Origin: the human T2T-CHM13v2.0 reference genome, Homo sapiens
Direction: 5' to 3' (one strand)
DNA: 64,000 nt
Assembly: GCF_009914755.1 (NCBI RefSeq)
Contig: NC_060942.1
The notes under the pieces: generated by a model
The model's input: the letters and a program-made list of their open reading frames with translations, nothing else
Database searches by the model: none
Told to the model about the DNA's origin: nothing
Program-made: the position numbers and the translations under genes
Shown: piece by piece, positions 1 to 16,021 of the stretch
Layout of the letters: every line of letters starts with the position of its first letter
Numbering within the stretch: the first letter of the stretch is position 1

Positions 1-507
1 TCTCTCCCTGCCGTCCTCTCACACTGACCCGAGTTTTACCCTTTGAGACAGACAGGGAATATTTCTCTGTCAATTATAAGGTAAAATTGTCTAAGTGTCC
101 ATTTTTGATGAATAAAATACTTAAAGAATATCTTTTCTTATTTTCTATTATGTTTCCTAGGTATATATTTTTTATTTCGACCTTGCTAATCAGTCATACT
201 ATTTTATATATTTATGTAAATTGTGATTTCATGTTGAGGAGACCTTGCCAAAGGACCTTAATCCATCATATGCTACACAAAGAGAAAACTGACAAGATCA
301 ATTTTTTTGTTATAAGAAATTACAGCGGGTTAGATAACTATGTATGCATGTGTTTTAATTTGAAAAGGTTCTGTAAAATTACCTACTAGAAAGAAAAATG
401 TAACAAATACCTGAGTAACCATCACCCAATGTTTCTATGTCTTAATCTATAAAAGAAACAAAACAGCCCAAGTGCCTCAGTTCCTTCCTTGGTCTCATTT
501 CCCTTAA

Positions 508-669
<162 letters not shown>

Positions 670-677
670 TGAACTAC

Positions 678-722
<45 letters not shown>
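678..722. repeat. (GATA)n tetranucleotide microsatellite
   Basis: About 11 tandem AGAT units read directly. Confidence 0.97.
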
Positions 723-728
<6 letters not shown>

Positions 729-769
729 TTATAGATATGTGTGTATATATGTATATATATTTGATCATG

Positions 770-1180
770 AAGAATGTATTATATTCTGTGTTTTTAGTTT
801 ACATAAATGGTGGTATGTTTATCTCTACACAACTTGATTTTTTTTCACTTACTGTTATATTTTGAGACATAATCAATATGATACATATAGGTCTAGTTTA
901 TTCCTGTTTAACTGCCTTGTGGTATTAATCCATTGTATAAATACAGCTAGAGATTATTTCTCCATTTCCCTGTTCATTAATGGACATAGGCTATTTACAA
1001 TTCATCACTATTACAATAATGCCAGTTATACTCTGAAGTGGTTATACTGCTTTTCTTTCTCACAAGTTATGTATGCCAGTTTGTATTTCACCATTCCTTA
1101 ATCAGTACTTGGTATAGTTGAGATAGTTTTATTTTTGCTAGTCTTCTAGATCTTCCTGTTTAAATCTGCATTTCATTCTA
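770..1180 (-). mobile_element. Ancient L1M (L1ME-like) 3' fragment
   Basis: T-rich antisense L1-like tracts such as tccatttccctgttcattaatggacat; highly diverged. Confidence 0.5.
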
Positions 1181-2574
1181 TTCAGCCTTCAATTTTCATA
1201 AGATTCTTCTATAAGGTATTATGCATATTATTCATATAAATTATTAAATATTTTATAGTTTTATTCATACTATAAATGACATATTTTTGTACTGCTGCAT
1301 TTTCTAATTTTGTTCAATTAATAATTTTCTGAAAGGACACAGGATTTGTAACAACCAACCCAGGAAAACAACATCTAATCAAAAAATTTTTTAATTTTAA
1401 AAATATTTTATAGTATTTTTATTTGTTAATATAAGGCTCAGCCTTCATGCATTCAACAAATATTATTTAATGGCTACTAGGTTCTAGGCCCACACTTAAC
1501 AAAGGGGCCACTCCCTTGAGTATAAGACAGGCAATGCCTGCAGTTGTGGTCCCATTGACAATCTAATGGTGCTCAATAAATAAGCAAACAAAAAAATGAA
1601 ATGGAATATTTTTATATTTATTGATAATCTACTTCCCATGATTGTGGAAAATTCAGTAGCTCTTGGGACTCCAACCCTCCCTCTAAATTGTCCAAACCCC
1701 AGAACACAAGTACATATATTTGCTTCTTTCTGCCATGTGATGTCACTGCAAGAAACTGAGCCCCCACTCTGCCACAGATGATACTGTCTTCTGTAATTGC
1801 AGAGGCCTGCCCTTCACCACACTAGCCCTGACACCCATGTGCTCCTGCCCATACCACGTCAAACACCAGTACTTGGACTTTCTCTTCTACATCCCCACTG
1901 CTTGTGTCACTGAAGAGTAGCAGACAGTGTGACTGTCCCCTCAATGCCATTTGAGCACAATTTAACACATTTTCTGGGCACAGGTACACTTCCTTCTACT
2001 GCAGGATCCATAGGCAATGCACATTGTGCATGCAGCTAGCAGAGGGTGATCCTCACCTGATAGTCCCAAGAAGAGCAAGTCCAGTCCTTCCCAGTTGCTC
2101 CACCCAGGCCACTGGCTATGCTCTCTTACATACAGGGACCTTCTAGAGGATTGGCTCTGCTTCCATGGGCATCTCTGATAATGCTACCCATGGGCCTCAG
2201 CAGTTTCTCCATGAACTTACTACTTCTTACTTAGCTCAAGAATGGCTTCCTGACATTTCCAACCCTACCTTCTCAGCCCTGCCCACAACAAGTCCTCCAA
2301 GGTGACCTGATTTCCCCTCTATTCTTTTTCCAATCTATTGTGTACTGTGACGGCATAAAATCCATCCTCAGCTTTCCTTCTCTTTTGATTCTCAAGAGCC
2401 TATATTGAAAGCCAAATAGATCAAGTATTGAGTCTGTCTTCTGCTATTGCAATGCTGTCTCTTCAAGGAAATGCAGCTACCTGTGACAAATCAGAGAATG
2501 AGTTATACACCATGAAGTGCAGAAATAAAAGCATGAAGATTAAGACTCCAGGATACTATACAGCAGAAAGCTGA

Positions 2575-2825
2575 GAAACAAGAGAACTTAGAGTTCTGGA
2601 GTCAGACTACCTAGGTTTGAATCCCACTTCTGCCATTTACTGGTATGTAATTTTGGACAAGTTACTTAACCACTCTGTGCTTCAGTTTCCTTGTCTGTGA
2701 ACTGGAGCATATAATAAACTACCTCAAAGTATTATTGTGATGATCAAATAAAGCCTACATTTTTAAAGCACTTAGAATAGTGCCAGGAACATAGCAAACA
2801 CTCAAAAATATGAGCCATTATTGTA
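2575..2825 (+). mobile_element. MIR SINE
   Basis: MIR core: tctggagtcagactacctaggtttgaatcccacttctgccatttact...caagttacttaaccactctgtgcttcagtttcc...aaagcacttagaatagtgcc. Confidence 0.9.
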
Positions 2826-2949
2826 TACTTGAAGATAACTCGTGGCTAGTTCACGTTCAGCTAATCACACAGCATCTTGGGTCTAGATGCTTGTCTCACA
2901 ATTCCCAGACTTTGGTTATGCCTGAATATGGGGTGGTCATCATCTGGAA

Positions 2950-3250
2950 GCCCTGCATCTTCATGAAGCTGTTCTTCATTCTTGCTTGGTTTCCAAGAAA
3001 CGTATGGCCCAGATGTCTCACTACATAGTTTCACTCTTTACTACTGGTTAGCATTTCAACCAGAAGTCTTTTCTGTGTCTCCTGCCATGGAGATAGCCAC
3101 ATGGCTTATTGCCTCATTTCCTTCAGGTTCTACTTAAATGCCACTTCCATGGAGAAGCTGTCTCCAAAAAGAGAACCTGGTATACTTCATTCCACCTGTC
3201 TGCTTTATTTTTCTCCATAGCACTTACCAGTACCTAACATTTTATTTGTG
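2950..3250 (+). mobile_element. L2 LINE 3' fragment (more L2-like sequence at ~4875-5185)
   Basis: L2-like cttcaggttctacttaaatgccac and tgctttatttttctccatagcacttacc. Confidence 0.6.
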
Positions 3251-3329
3251 TATAAAATGTTATATAATGACATACATGTATGTAATTTATATGTTGTAAA
3301 ATGTTATATAAATAGATATTACACATGTA

Positions 3330-4844
<1,515 letters not shown>

Positions 4845-5340
4845 TCGATGATTTACAGGAAGCACTTTCCAAAGAGGGGCATGTCTGGCTCATTCTCATT
4901 TCAGGTTTCTGAACTAATGTCATCTTCTCAGAGAGGATTTCCATGGCCATGGTAGTTACTCTCCAAGGCTGCTTTATGCCTTTCTAGTAGCTATGGCTCT
5001 ATAATTATTGTATATTTTTGTATTCATTCATTCATTTGCTAATTATTTGGGTCTTCTAGAGCAACGCAAGCTTCATCGGGGCAGGGGATTGTCTTTTTAT
5101 TGCTGTATTCCCAATACCTAGGACAATACCATAGTAGTTACACAGTAAATAAATACTGGGTGTATGAACAAGTTTGTGAATGAATAATTTTCTTTAGCTC
5201 ATAAAATCCTTTAGCTTTACCCTTCGTTCTAGTTTTCCTTTCAACTGAAAATATCTTCCTCCCAACCTCTACATTTCCAAATCTTACCCAGTCTTCAGCT
5301 CTAACTAAAATGTCTCCTCCTCAAAGAAGACATTCTTGAG

Positions 5341-5862
5341 GTATGGCCAGTTTGCTAGCTGGCTTCAGTAGCCATTCTTTCCTTCTCCCATAGGAACAGA
5401 GCTCCAGCTTTGAGCTGTCAGGCACATAATCTTTCAGAAAAACAGCTACATTTCTCAATTTTCCCTGCAGCTAAATGTGGTCATGTGGCTAATTTTTAAT
5501 CAATGAAATGTAAGCAGAAATGTAGTATGTCAGCTTTCAGATGGATTCCATTTTAATAAAAAGCTTTTGTATACCCTACCTCCCTTTTTCATCTCTTTCT
5601 CTATCCAGCTTCCTGAAATCCGTTGTGATGGCTGGAGCTCTAGGTACTATCTTGAACCATGAGGATGCAGGTCAGAGCCTAAGGATGGCATAATTGTGAG
5701 CCAGAAGGAGCCCAAGTTCCTGAAGACCCAGCAAAACAGAACTCCCACACCAGTTCACCTACTGACCTCTGGACTTTACCTGGAGGAGAAATAAACTTTT
5801 AATTTGTTTAAGCCATTATTCACTTTTTTTAAATTAGAAGCCAAACCTTATCTTAACTGATA
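5341..5862 (+). mobile_element. Ancient ERVL-class solo LTR (LTR33-like)
   Basis: gctggagctc...atcttgaaccatgagg and agaaataaacttttaatttgtttaagcca near the 3' end. Confidence 0.65.
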
Positions 5863-5964
5863 TATTCAGCTAAAAATCACCTACCTCTTCAGAATACCAT
5901 ATACTTGAATACTGTAGCTGGAACTTTCTTATAAAACATCATTCCACTTTTCTGTTTTAGTATT

Positions 5965-6180
5965 AGCCAACCATTTATTGAGTGAATACTGTGCCAAACA
6001 CTGAGTTAATTCTCCCAACCACCCTACAAGGTAGGTATTTTTATTTCCATTTAGCAGGGGAGAACGCTGAGGTTCATGGGGCTTTGGTGACTTCTCTAAT
6101 TTTTTACAGTAATAAATGGCAAGCAGCAGGATTTGAACCCAGACCTCTCCAACCCCAAAGTCTGTGCTTTTCCTACTACA
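5965..6180 (-). mobile_element. MIR SINE
   Basis: Antisense MIR: ccatttattgagtgaatactgtgcc...gcaggatttgaacccagac. Confidence 0.8.
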
Positions 6181-6194
6181 CCCATATGCATGTC

Positions 6195-6365
6195 TTCCCG
6201 CATCTACTGTAAGCTCCTTGAGGGCAGGGACCATGGCTTATGATCCTTTGTACTTTCATAATGCATACCCCAGTTCCTGCCACGTCTTAGGTCATCATAA
6301 ATACTGAGTGGGTGAGTGAGCAAGTGAGTGAGTGAATGAATGAGTGGACAGATGAATGGCTGGAT
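6195..6365 (+). mobile_element. L2 3' end
   Basis: ctactgtaagctccttgagggcagggacc followed by a (TGAG/TGAA)n tail. Confidence 0.8.
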
Positions 6366-6475
6366 AGTTTCTTTGGCACACAGTTCATGGAAATATCATT
6401 CCATTTTGTTTATAACTTTCTGACATACACCCTCAGGACCAAAGCTGGAGCCATAAGCAACAATATTAGGCAGGT

Positions 6476-6846
6476 GTTGTAGGTTAGATTCCCCAGAAGC
6501 AGAGCCTGAGACAGGGATTTGGTCCGCATGATTTGTGGAGGGAGTGTTCTTCCAAAAGCACCTGCAGGGGAGTATGTAAAGGCAAGCAAGGACGTGGTAC
6601 CAGATCAAGTCCTCCCTTGGCCTGATCCACAAAGAGCCTGGAATACAATCCACCCGACAGAGTCATCTCTGCCTTGAGGCAGTCAGTCCTTGTCTGCAGG
6701 GCTTCCCGCTGTGGGAGGCAGAATCCCCAGTCCTCCTCAGTGCAGGGCAGTCCTCCTGAGAAGGGGGCAGTGGTGAGGAGCACCCACTACTCACAGCAGC
6801 CAAGGGATGGGGGACCTGGGGAAGGAGCTCTGGGCTGCACCAACAG
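6476..6846 (-). mobile_element. MaLR solo LTR (MLT1I/J-like)
   Basis: Terminus tgttgtaggttagattccccagaagcagagcctgagacagggattt. Confidence 0.7.
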
Positions 6847-7146
6847 CACTCGGACAGCAAGATTTTCATTGGAAAGGGTAAAAAAGAAATGTCACTCAGC
6901 TTCATTTCAGAAGTGGGGAAAACCTGATGTCAATGAGCTTATCTTGACTGCAAATATGTAAAACCACCCCAAATCTCTACCTCTCTCGAGTGAAGTGAGA
7001 CCCTCCCTGCAACCATATATGTTTTCAATCACTTCAATTCCATGATTAGGCTTCCTCTTTGAGATTTTTTTTTCAAAACTTTTCAGACAACTTCTCAATC
7101 TTCTATACACATAACCAAAACCTTTAACAAATATGCCAGGGAGGGG

Positions 7147-7206
7147 TGTTTGTGTGTGTGTGTTTGTGTGTGTGTGTGGTATGTGTGTCTGTGTGTCTGT
7201 CTGTCT
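7147..7206. repeat. Imperfect (TG)n microsatellite
   Basis: Interrupted TG run. Confidence 0.9.
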
Positions 7207-7764
7207 GAATATCAAACTATGCAAATAAACAAAGCTTCATTATTAGTCACAAATAAGGATAATCATTAAATAGTATTTTCTTTGAAGTCGAAGAGTAGAA
7301 TATTCAGAAAATGAAACCAAATTATTCTTCTAGCCCAGATTACTACTTAACAGTAAACTCTATTCATTAAATACAGCCATTGAAGAAAATTCATGAGGGA
7401 AAAATATGATGCTATTTTGTAACTTGACAAATATGAGGCAACGATGTTGTCTGGGAACATCATTTGAACAGTAGCAGAATTATGGAGCTTTGAGAAAGCG
7501 TCTGTCTTTTGGTCAGCTTCTTCACTGACCCTGTGTGACCCAGTTTGTTGGATCTCAGTGCTAAAGAGTGGTGTTGGTAGCATATAACAGCTTCCCATCC
7601 CCAAAAGCCAGCCATCAATGCCCACTGTACCCAGTTAGCACACCAGGAGAACAAAAACACTGATATTCCAAAGCTACTCTGCTGTCACATAAAGGGGAAC
7701 ATGCACTAATCTTTTCCTGGATTATACCGATTAAATAGAAGAATTTCCTTGTTTTATCTTCTGG

Positions 7765-7771
7765 CTCTCTT

Positions 7772-7841
<70 letters not shown>
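7765..7841. repeat. (CT)n polypyrimidine microsatellite
   Basis: About 75 bp nearly pure CT run; explains the SLSLSL ORF. Confidence 0.97.
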
Positions 7842-7845
<4 letters not shown>

Positions 7846-9699
7846 CTATTTCTCAATTTATCTTTGAGATTTTTACCCCAGGACAACTTTCCCAAAAACT
7901 CATCAAAAAATGTTCCAAACCTCAGCTAAGGTTTACACCCTGAGAATTTGTTATTCATGAGCCAGGCCTTTTGAAGTCTGATTTCTCAGGATTGATGCTT
8001 TATCTTTAAACAGTGAACATGAACATTGACTCAAAGGGCCTCTGACAATCACTTAGGAATAACTCAGACATTTGTGTCTGGGCAAGGTCTCCCCTACACA
8101 GGGAACCTTTTGTAAATATTACTTACTAGAACCATAACACTAATAGATGTAGTTAATAATTATCACAATGTGCCAAAACTGCACAGTTTGCTCCCTGATT
8201 ACAATATTAAATTGCTATTGAGCTGTGGTATTCGCTTCAGGCAATACTAGTAAGAACCCCCTAAAGACCATGGCTGGCCTCACCATACAAAAATGGAAAA
8301 TGTTCCACTGCACACAATGCTCAGGCAGCAGTGGGCTTTGCCAGAAAACAAACACAAAACTCAAACAATAGAAGGAAAGTTTTATCAGAGCTGAAGTGTC
8401 CTTTCACTTGGGAACTGTCATCTCTCAGAAAGAAAAACACGCACACGCTTGATAGCGGCTCACAAGGCAAGCCATTACTATGAGCACGGTGACTCACAGT
8501 GCAGATAGAGAATACTGTGCAGCCAGAGCTGAGAGGCTTTGTTTTATTTGCATCTGATGATGTCTTGAGATAGGCCATTCCAGCTCTGAGAAGTTGAGAG
8601 ACCCTCAGAATGCGAACAGGCTTCTCTCTCTGTGAGCAGGGAGGGAATTTTCTTTTCCCACACACCGTCTCCTCTTTGCCTGACAGGTCAAGTGGCCTGG
8701 ACAATAGGGCAAAGCTACTGAGAGCAAAACTGCAATTTAATTGAGAAGTGTCATTAGCTCCAGGATGGCACATTCAAAAGCAGACACATGGGAGGCACTT
8801 GTCATATGCAGCACACACCAGTTCACTCCTCATTCACCCACACACTGCCATCCTACCTCCATATTTGCAATTTCAGAAACCCACAGTGGGAAAATGAGCA
8901 CTTAGCAATCAATTTGCACAGACAGCCGCCCAGCCTGCACAAACAGGAGGCTGGTTTGCCCACCCTGGAGATGCAGAAGCATTTCAAGGGGACAGCCACT
9001 ACTGAGGCTGAACTTAAAATATGGTGCTTTACAGGAAATCGGGGCTCCTGAATGCTGCAGTAACAAGAAAAAGAAACAGCGGCTATTAGGCAACTAATTA
9101 AAAGAAATTCAACAAGAAGGATGCTACTTGTGCCTTGACCCAATTCAGACCTGGCAAACCAGTAAACAGCCAGCAAAATGCTTTTGTGCTGGTTAGGAGA
9201 GGTTACATTGGAAGTCATCTGCCGTTCTCTTAGCAGCTGCATTGGCTCTGGCCTGTGCAGGCAGGACATGGTAATGGATGTTCCTGGCACAGAGGAGAGA
9301 GTAAATGGCTGCTCCTTTTCTTCCCGCAATGCAGCAAGTCTACCTGCTCCAGATTACCAAGGTGTGCTGGGTTGGATCCATTCCCCAGGCCAGTACAACC
9401 TGGTGTGAGCTTGGAACTCAACGGGTAATTCAAGCCACCACATCACCTGTAACACATATAAGGTCTTTTATGTTTAATTTTCATCAAATTTGCCAATAGT
9501 CAATGTACCTGGGCCTCTTTCTTAGATGCTGCAGGATAAACATTCTCCATTTCTCCTGGGAATTTTTGGTATTACCTTTCCCTTCTTTTTGTTTACAAAA
9601 ATATACTTTTTCACTACAAATTTCTTTTTCACATCTTAATCTATATTTTATGAATCCCTCAAGGATAAATAAGATGTTTGTTTATTTCCCCATTTACAA

Positions 9700-9835
9700 T
9701 GCTGTGTGACCTTGGGCAAGTTACTACCACTCTGTGCAGCAGTTCCTCATTTAAAAGTTAGGATGATGCTAATGCCTATAAAATCTCTTAGCAGAAATGC
9801 CCAGTACAAAACAAGCCTCCAAAACCTGTTAGCTG
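9700..9835 (+). mobile_element. MIR fragment
   Basis: gctgtgtgaccttgggcaagttact...agttcctcattt. Confidence 0.75.
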
Positions 9836-9989
9836 ATGATGTTGTTATTATTATTGCTATTGTTATTAGCACTCTTGTCTTTTATCCTCAGAATCTAACA
9901 GTGCCTGGTACACAAAAGAGGTTCGGAATATGTTCTGTGACCAGCTGACTGACTGAATAAATGACTGAATGGATGACTGCTTTAAGTAA

Positions 9990-10493
<504 letters not shown>

Positions 10494-10774
10494 TAAAAGT
10501 CTTGTCTTTCACTCTAACGAGCCTGTGAATTTGAAGGGAATAAATAATCCAAGCTGTTCCTGATGATTATTTTCAAGGATGCTCATACTGGGATGGAAGG
10601 TTGGGGAAGAGGAAGCACATATCAGCAGCACTATCTATGGCTCCTCCCAAAACTACCACGAGAAGAAGAGAAACCAATAGAAAGGCTGGCTGTCTGTATA
10701 GAAGTTCCCATCACAGAATAGACCACTGAGCTCAAGCTAATCACATGTCAATGAAGTGATTTCACAGAGGCATT

Positions 10775-10980
10775 GAGAGTAGAAGGGCACTGGAGTTACG
10801 CATACCCATGTTCTAATTCCAGTTCTGACACGTGAGCCATGGACAAATGACTGAAGCTCTTTGAGTCTCATATCGTTCATCGGTGAAATGGGGATGAAAT
10901 CCCCTCACAGGGCTTTGGGAAGTGTAAATGAAAGGATATATAGAGAGAACTTAGGATAAAGTCTTTTACACAGAAAGCTT
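10775..10980 (+). mobile_element. MIR fragment
   Basis: ttctaattccagttctgacac...ctctttgagtctca...gtgaaatggggatg. Confidence 0.65.
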
Positions 10981-11456
10981 AGGTATTTTTGAGGTTAGTG
11001 GATCACTCTCCATGCTGAATTCCAAGCAAACTGGGAAATAGACTCAGGCCTTCAAAATGGATCAAATGTTACTTTTGTAATTGGGGAAACTAGACTGGGT
11101 TTAGGGCCAAATTGGGCCTTCTACTCCTCATAACTTCAAACCGACCCACACCTTGAGATCCACAAAAGGGAGAATAGCATCCACTATTTCAGCGACACAG
11201 AAACACCCCTTGCTCCTCCTCCCACTAGTGGTATTGGGATCTGCCGCTAGAGCTCCATTTCCCTCTGCTGTCCTCATTGCAACAGGCAGGTGAGCTGCGT
11301 CATTCCCATTGCAGCCTAATCCTTAAGCTGAGTCCATTCCTCCTCTTCCACATGTAGGACTAGATCCCAGAGCCTTCTTTCCTTTTGCTTCTCTTTTTCT
11401 TTCTGCCCCAGATACTCATCTCTCTTAACCTATTCTTGCATATTCTCCTGGAACCC

Positions 11457-11666
11457 GAGGCTATATGGGATGGTCTGTTGCTTCTGGGCTACAAACCTGG
11501 ACAGCATGTTACTGTACTAAATACTGCAGGCAACTGTAACACAGTGGTAAACATATCTAAACATAGAAAAGGTACAGTAAAAATACAGTATTATAATCTC
11601 ATGGGACCACCATCATATCCACGGTCCATGATTGACCACAACATTGTTAGATGGCACAAGACTGTA
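11457..11666 (-). mobile_element. Tigger3a/MER7 partial
   Basis: ggctacaaacctggacagcatgttactgtac...atgggaccaccatcata...gcacaagactg|ta; homologous to the 4.6 kb and 59.7 kb copies. Confidence 0.88.
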
Positions 11667-12846
11667 TTTCCCAGGAACCTTCTCTCAGGGGATACACAAT
11701 GGTTACATTCCCACCTACAATTTCTGGGTTACACCAAAACTCATCTAATTCTAGTTAAATTTTTCATCTCCCATCTCCCTGGTCTTCCTAACTTAAATCT
11801 GTGCAAAAGGATAGCACACTGGACACAGCTATCTCAGTCTCCAAGCTTTCCCAATGGCTTTTATTTTGACTCTTTATCCCGGCATTAAATACACCCCTCA
11901 CAACTGGGGCTTCTCACATCCCTCAGGGATAATCATTCTCATTTGTTCTCCGAGACCTTGCCTGTCTTCCTCTTTTGGAGCTCTTTGTGCCCAGTCCCTC
12001 CCCTGATCTGTTAATTCTCTTACTCTCCTATTGACAAGCAATATGCCTGACTATATTTGCTTTTTCCTTTCCCATTAGTCTAGCCCAGTATTTTAGATGC
12101 TTGCCAAAATCTTTGGGACAAGATTGTATTGTGTTTCTTTTAAAATAATCAAGGAGGCAGATGTTTCAGACCATCTCACTTCTAAGAGACTTAGACATCC
12201 TGTGGTTTCTAAGAAATCCTGTGACAGACCAGTCTCTACAGGCCTGAACCATTGACTGACCTAGAGACCAGTCAATAATTGGTTTATTACCACTGCTTTG
12301 GCCTTGACTCTACATAGATTACTGAACATTGAGATATTACTCATGGGTTTTAGCCATTTGCTTGTGAGATGAATGATTTCAAGCACCCACAACAGCCTGG
12401 ACTCCCTTGGCTTTGAGGGGAGCAAGCATAGAGGTCTGGCCTATAACCAGACAACTGCTACAAAGTAGGGCAGCAGGTGGGTGTGCTCTCATTCTTTATA
12501 CAATTTCCTGAGAAAGAAACGTTTGGCAATGAAGACAACCAATGACAGTTCCACTCCCTCCTTTGAAGCAGATTTTATAAACTAACCTCAAAGATCAAGC
12601 TTCCACAATTTTTGAATACTTAGCAAGCATTATATATTCCATATGTTGTAATAATATAAAATTTATCTTTTGGGAAAAGCATACACAAATTTTGATGTGC
12701 CTTAACTTGAAAACAATAGCTAACTCAACCGATATATTACTTTCTTCTTTTTCCCCCAAGAAGGGGTGACTGAATCATCAAATACACGATAGGAGTTAAG
12801 GGAATATTAGGCCTACAAAGGAGAATTTGACCAAGAATCTCCCAGA

Positions 12847-13310
12847 AGGACATTATGTTAAGTAAAATAAGCCAGGAACAGAAAAATAAACACAGCATCT
12901 TCTCACTCACATGTGGAAGCTTAAGAAAGTAGTTCTCATAGAAGTAATAAGTAGAATGGAGGATACTAGAGGCTGGGAAGGGTAGGGGGGAGGGAAGGAT
13001 AGGAAGAGATTTGTTAAAGGGTACAAAATTACAGCTAGATAGGATCAATACATTCTAGTGTACTATATCACTCCAGGATGATTATAGTGAACAATAACAT
13101 ATTATATAGTTTCACATAGCTAGAAAGAGGATATTGAAGGTTCTCAACACAAAGAAATGATAAATGTTTGAGATGATGGATATGCTAATTACCCTGATCA
13201 GATCACTAGACATTCTATGTATTGAAATACCACCATATACTCTATAAATATGTATGATTCTGTGTCAATTTTAAATTTTTAAACGTAATTTAATTTTTAA
13301 AAAGAAAAAC
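12847..13310 (+). mobile_element. L1MA 3' end
   Basis: ggacattatgttaagtaaaataagccagg...caacacaaagaaatgataaatgtttgagatgatggatatgctaattaccctgat, A-rich tail. Confidence 0.9.
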
Positions 13311-13339
13311 AATTCTGGAAGAGATGGAGGAGAATTCAT

Positions 13340-14240
13340 ATTATCTATCTTATAAATATTTGATGGAATTTACCTACAAAGCCATCAAGACTTGAAGTTG
13401 CCCTTGTGGGAAAATTTTTAACTACAAATTCAATTTCCTTAATAGATAAGATGCTATCCAGATGTTTTGTTTCTTCTTGGATGTGTTTTGGTAGTTTGTG
13501 TTCTTCAAGATATTGGTCCCTTTCACTTCAGTTTATCAATTTATGGGCAGAGATTTACTTGCAATATTCTCTTATCACCATTTTAATATTCCTGGTGACT
13601 ATGGTGACATTTCCTTTTCTTTCCTGATACTAAATTTAGTTTCTTGTCTCTTTTCTTTTGTTAGTCCAGATAGAATTTCACTAATCATTTAATTTTTCAA
13701 AACAGAAGCTTTTACTTTCATTAATTTTCATTACTGTCTTTTCTATTTTTAATTAAATTGGCTTCTTTTACTTTCATTATTATATCTTCCTTCCTTTTGC
13801 TTTTGGTTTAATTTGCTCTTTTTCTTATTGCATAGAGTCAGTAGTTAGTCTGTTTATTTGAGAGCTTTCCTCTTTTCTAATATAAGCATTTAATTTAACT
13901 CTAAGCACTATATTAGTTTTATTCCATAAATATTGACATGCTATATTTTATTTGTATTCATTTCAAAATACTTTAAATTTCCTTTTGTGGGCTTCTCTGA
14001 ATCATGAGTGATTTAGATGTTTTGCTTAACTTCTAAATAATTCAAAATTTTCTGTTTTCTGTTACTGATATCTAATTTAATTATAATTGTAAACTTTTTA
14101 GTATATTAATTTTTTAATGTTTTATGGGAGAAAATATTCTATATCTTTATGGGTGCCTTATCAGTATTTGACACAAATATGTATTATTCTGTTGTGGGGT
14201 TAAATTGCTGAAAAATGTAGATTGAGTCAAGTAGGTCAAA
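13340..14240 (-). mobile_element. Old L1M ORF2-region fragment
   Basis: T-rich antisense L1; resembles 63400-64000 (aagccatc...tgtggga, taagcact). Confidence 0.75.
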
Positions 14241-16021
14241 AAATAAAAAGAATTTCTTGGAACATGAGGCCTCCAGGAGCTCAACCTCTGTCCTTCTTTC
14301 AGATCTGCCTTACTGGGCCTCCAAGACCCCAACCTTTCCTTACGATTGCAAGACTTCACTTTGCCTTTTCTATCTGTTTTGTTTAGGCTACTTAATCTCA
14401 GCCTTTTCTTAAGGAAACTTTCTTCCTCAAAAAATGATTCCTAATCAGAATGATTTTTTTTCAATCTCCCACTGTTACTATTCCTATTTCTAAATCAAAG
14501 CCTGCTATTAAACCTACTCAGTTTTTCCTGGAGAGTCTCAGCAAACCTGATTCCTAGAGTACTACATAAAGCTTTTTAATTGCTTTTATTATATTAAAAA
14601 GATGGAATTACAGTAATTCCATTGAGGTTTTCCTCCACCTAACTTAAGAGGATGACATCTTTGTATTGTAAGCGCCCATTCCCCTTTAGAGGTTTACTAA
14701 CAAAAATCTGCCTGCATCTGAACCCTGCATGGGTCCTTGAAATCTACAACCGTAATAGAAGATTATATAATTAACAAGAGAAAGTCAATTTGAGACCATG
14801 TTGGGTGAAGAAGGGCATTGGCTTCAATAGCACACAAACAAACCACATGATACCAAGAAGGTGGTCTTGCCATTGTTCCCTCTTTGACCTGAGAACTGGT
14901 TACAAGTCAAAACAAGTTAAAGAACAGGATTTGAAGCAGCTGACCAATAACTGCTACCAATCTCTTTATAATTTAAAGGTTGGAACAATACATACCAGTA
15001 TTTCTAAGTCCTGGCCTGCAGAGAAACATGTAAAGAGAACAAAATGTTTCCACTTACCAAAGCCAAAAAAACTGTACAACAAAAGATACTTTTATTTTAT
15101 ACCCAGTGCACCTGCTAAGGTCAAAAACAGCAACCCCCCTCCCATAGCTTGTGCCTCATAAAAATAGCCACACACCTGTGACTACCAGCAATAAAGATGT
15201 CACAGATTGTAAAGAAAAATCTGACAGATCCACCTTTTCCAAAGCCTTTTTCCAAACCATATCACCAGCACAATGTCTAGGTCCCAGAATGGATGTCCAA
15301 ACTTGAGACTTTATATCATTTATATAGGAGTTTGAGAAGGTTCCTAAATTGCACATACTCTCCATTCCAAGTTCTGAATCAATATAAGAGTCAAATAAAG
15401 ATCAAAATACTGATTTAATTACCAGTATAAAGAATGAGGCTGCTTGATATTTACTGAAAAGGAACAAACTACACGATGCATAGTTAAATTTAAAAGCTAG
15501 GTGCATAACTATGTGAGGTATATGTCATCTTTATGTGTGCATGTATGTAGACATGACCGGAGATCAAAACAGTCTTTTTATACCATCCCATTACATCTGG
15601 ATTTTAGAATCCACATGTGGGAAATATGGGACAACAGAGTAGATAATTAACTAGACAGTCACTTAAAGGATTATGGCTCGACTCACCCCCTGTTGAGAAA
15701 AATATTAAATAAAGAAAGGCCATCCATATGTGGCCACCTGTAAGCCATTATTAACCCCTTTCACTAGAGAAACAATGGATATCCCATCCTTACTGCCTCG
15801 TCAATCACATTCATCTCCAACTCCCATGGAAACCCAGCAGTGAGAGAGGTGGGGAGGAGAGAAGGTTACTTCTCAATGCTACCGTGATGCTACATAGGAG
15901 AGCTAAACAGGTACATAGTAACAGATTTGAACTTAGTTGGCACAAACTAATCCTTGACACAATTAACCAAGTTACAGGTATCTCTGACCATGTTATCAGG
16001 GTTCAACTAATCCCTATCTGT

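Noticed and set aside
8321-9329. 150- and 158-aa minus-strand ORFs in unique DNA
   Set aside because: No recognisable domain or codon pattern; consistent with chance.
11385-11888. Longest ORF (167 aa)
   Set aside because: TTG start, largely non-coding Tigger3a sequence, no recognisable domain.
14602-14622. Perfect 10-bp inverted repeat atggaattac-a-gtaattccat
   Set aside because: Short enough to arise by chance in 64 kb of AT-rich DNA.
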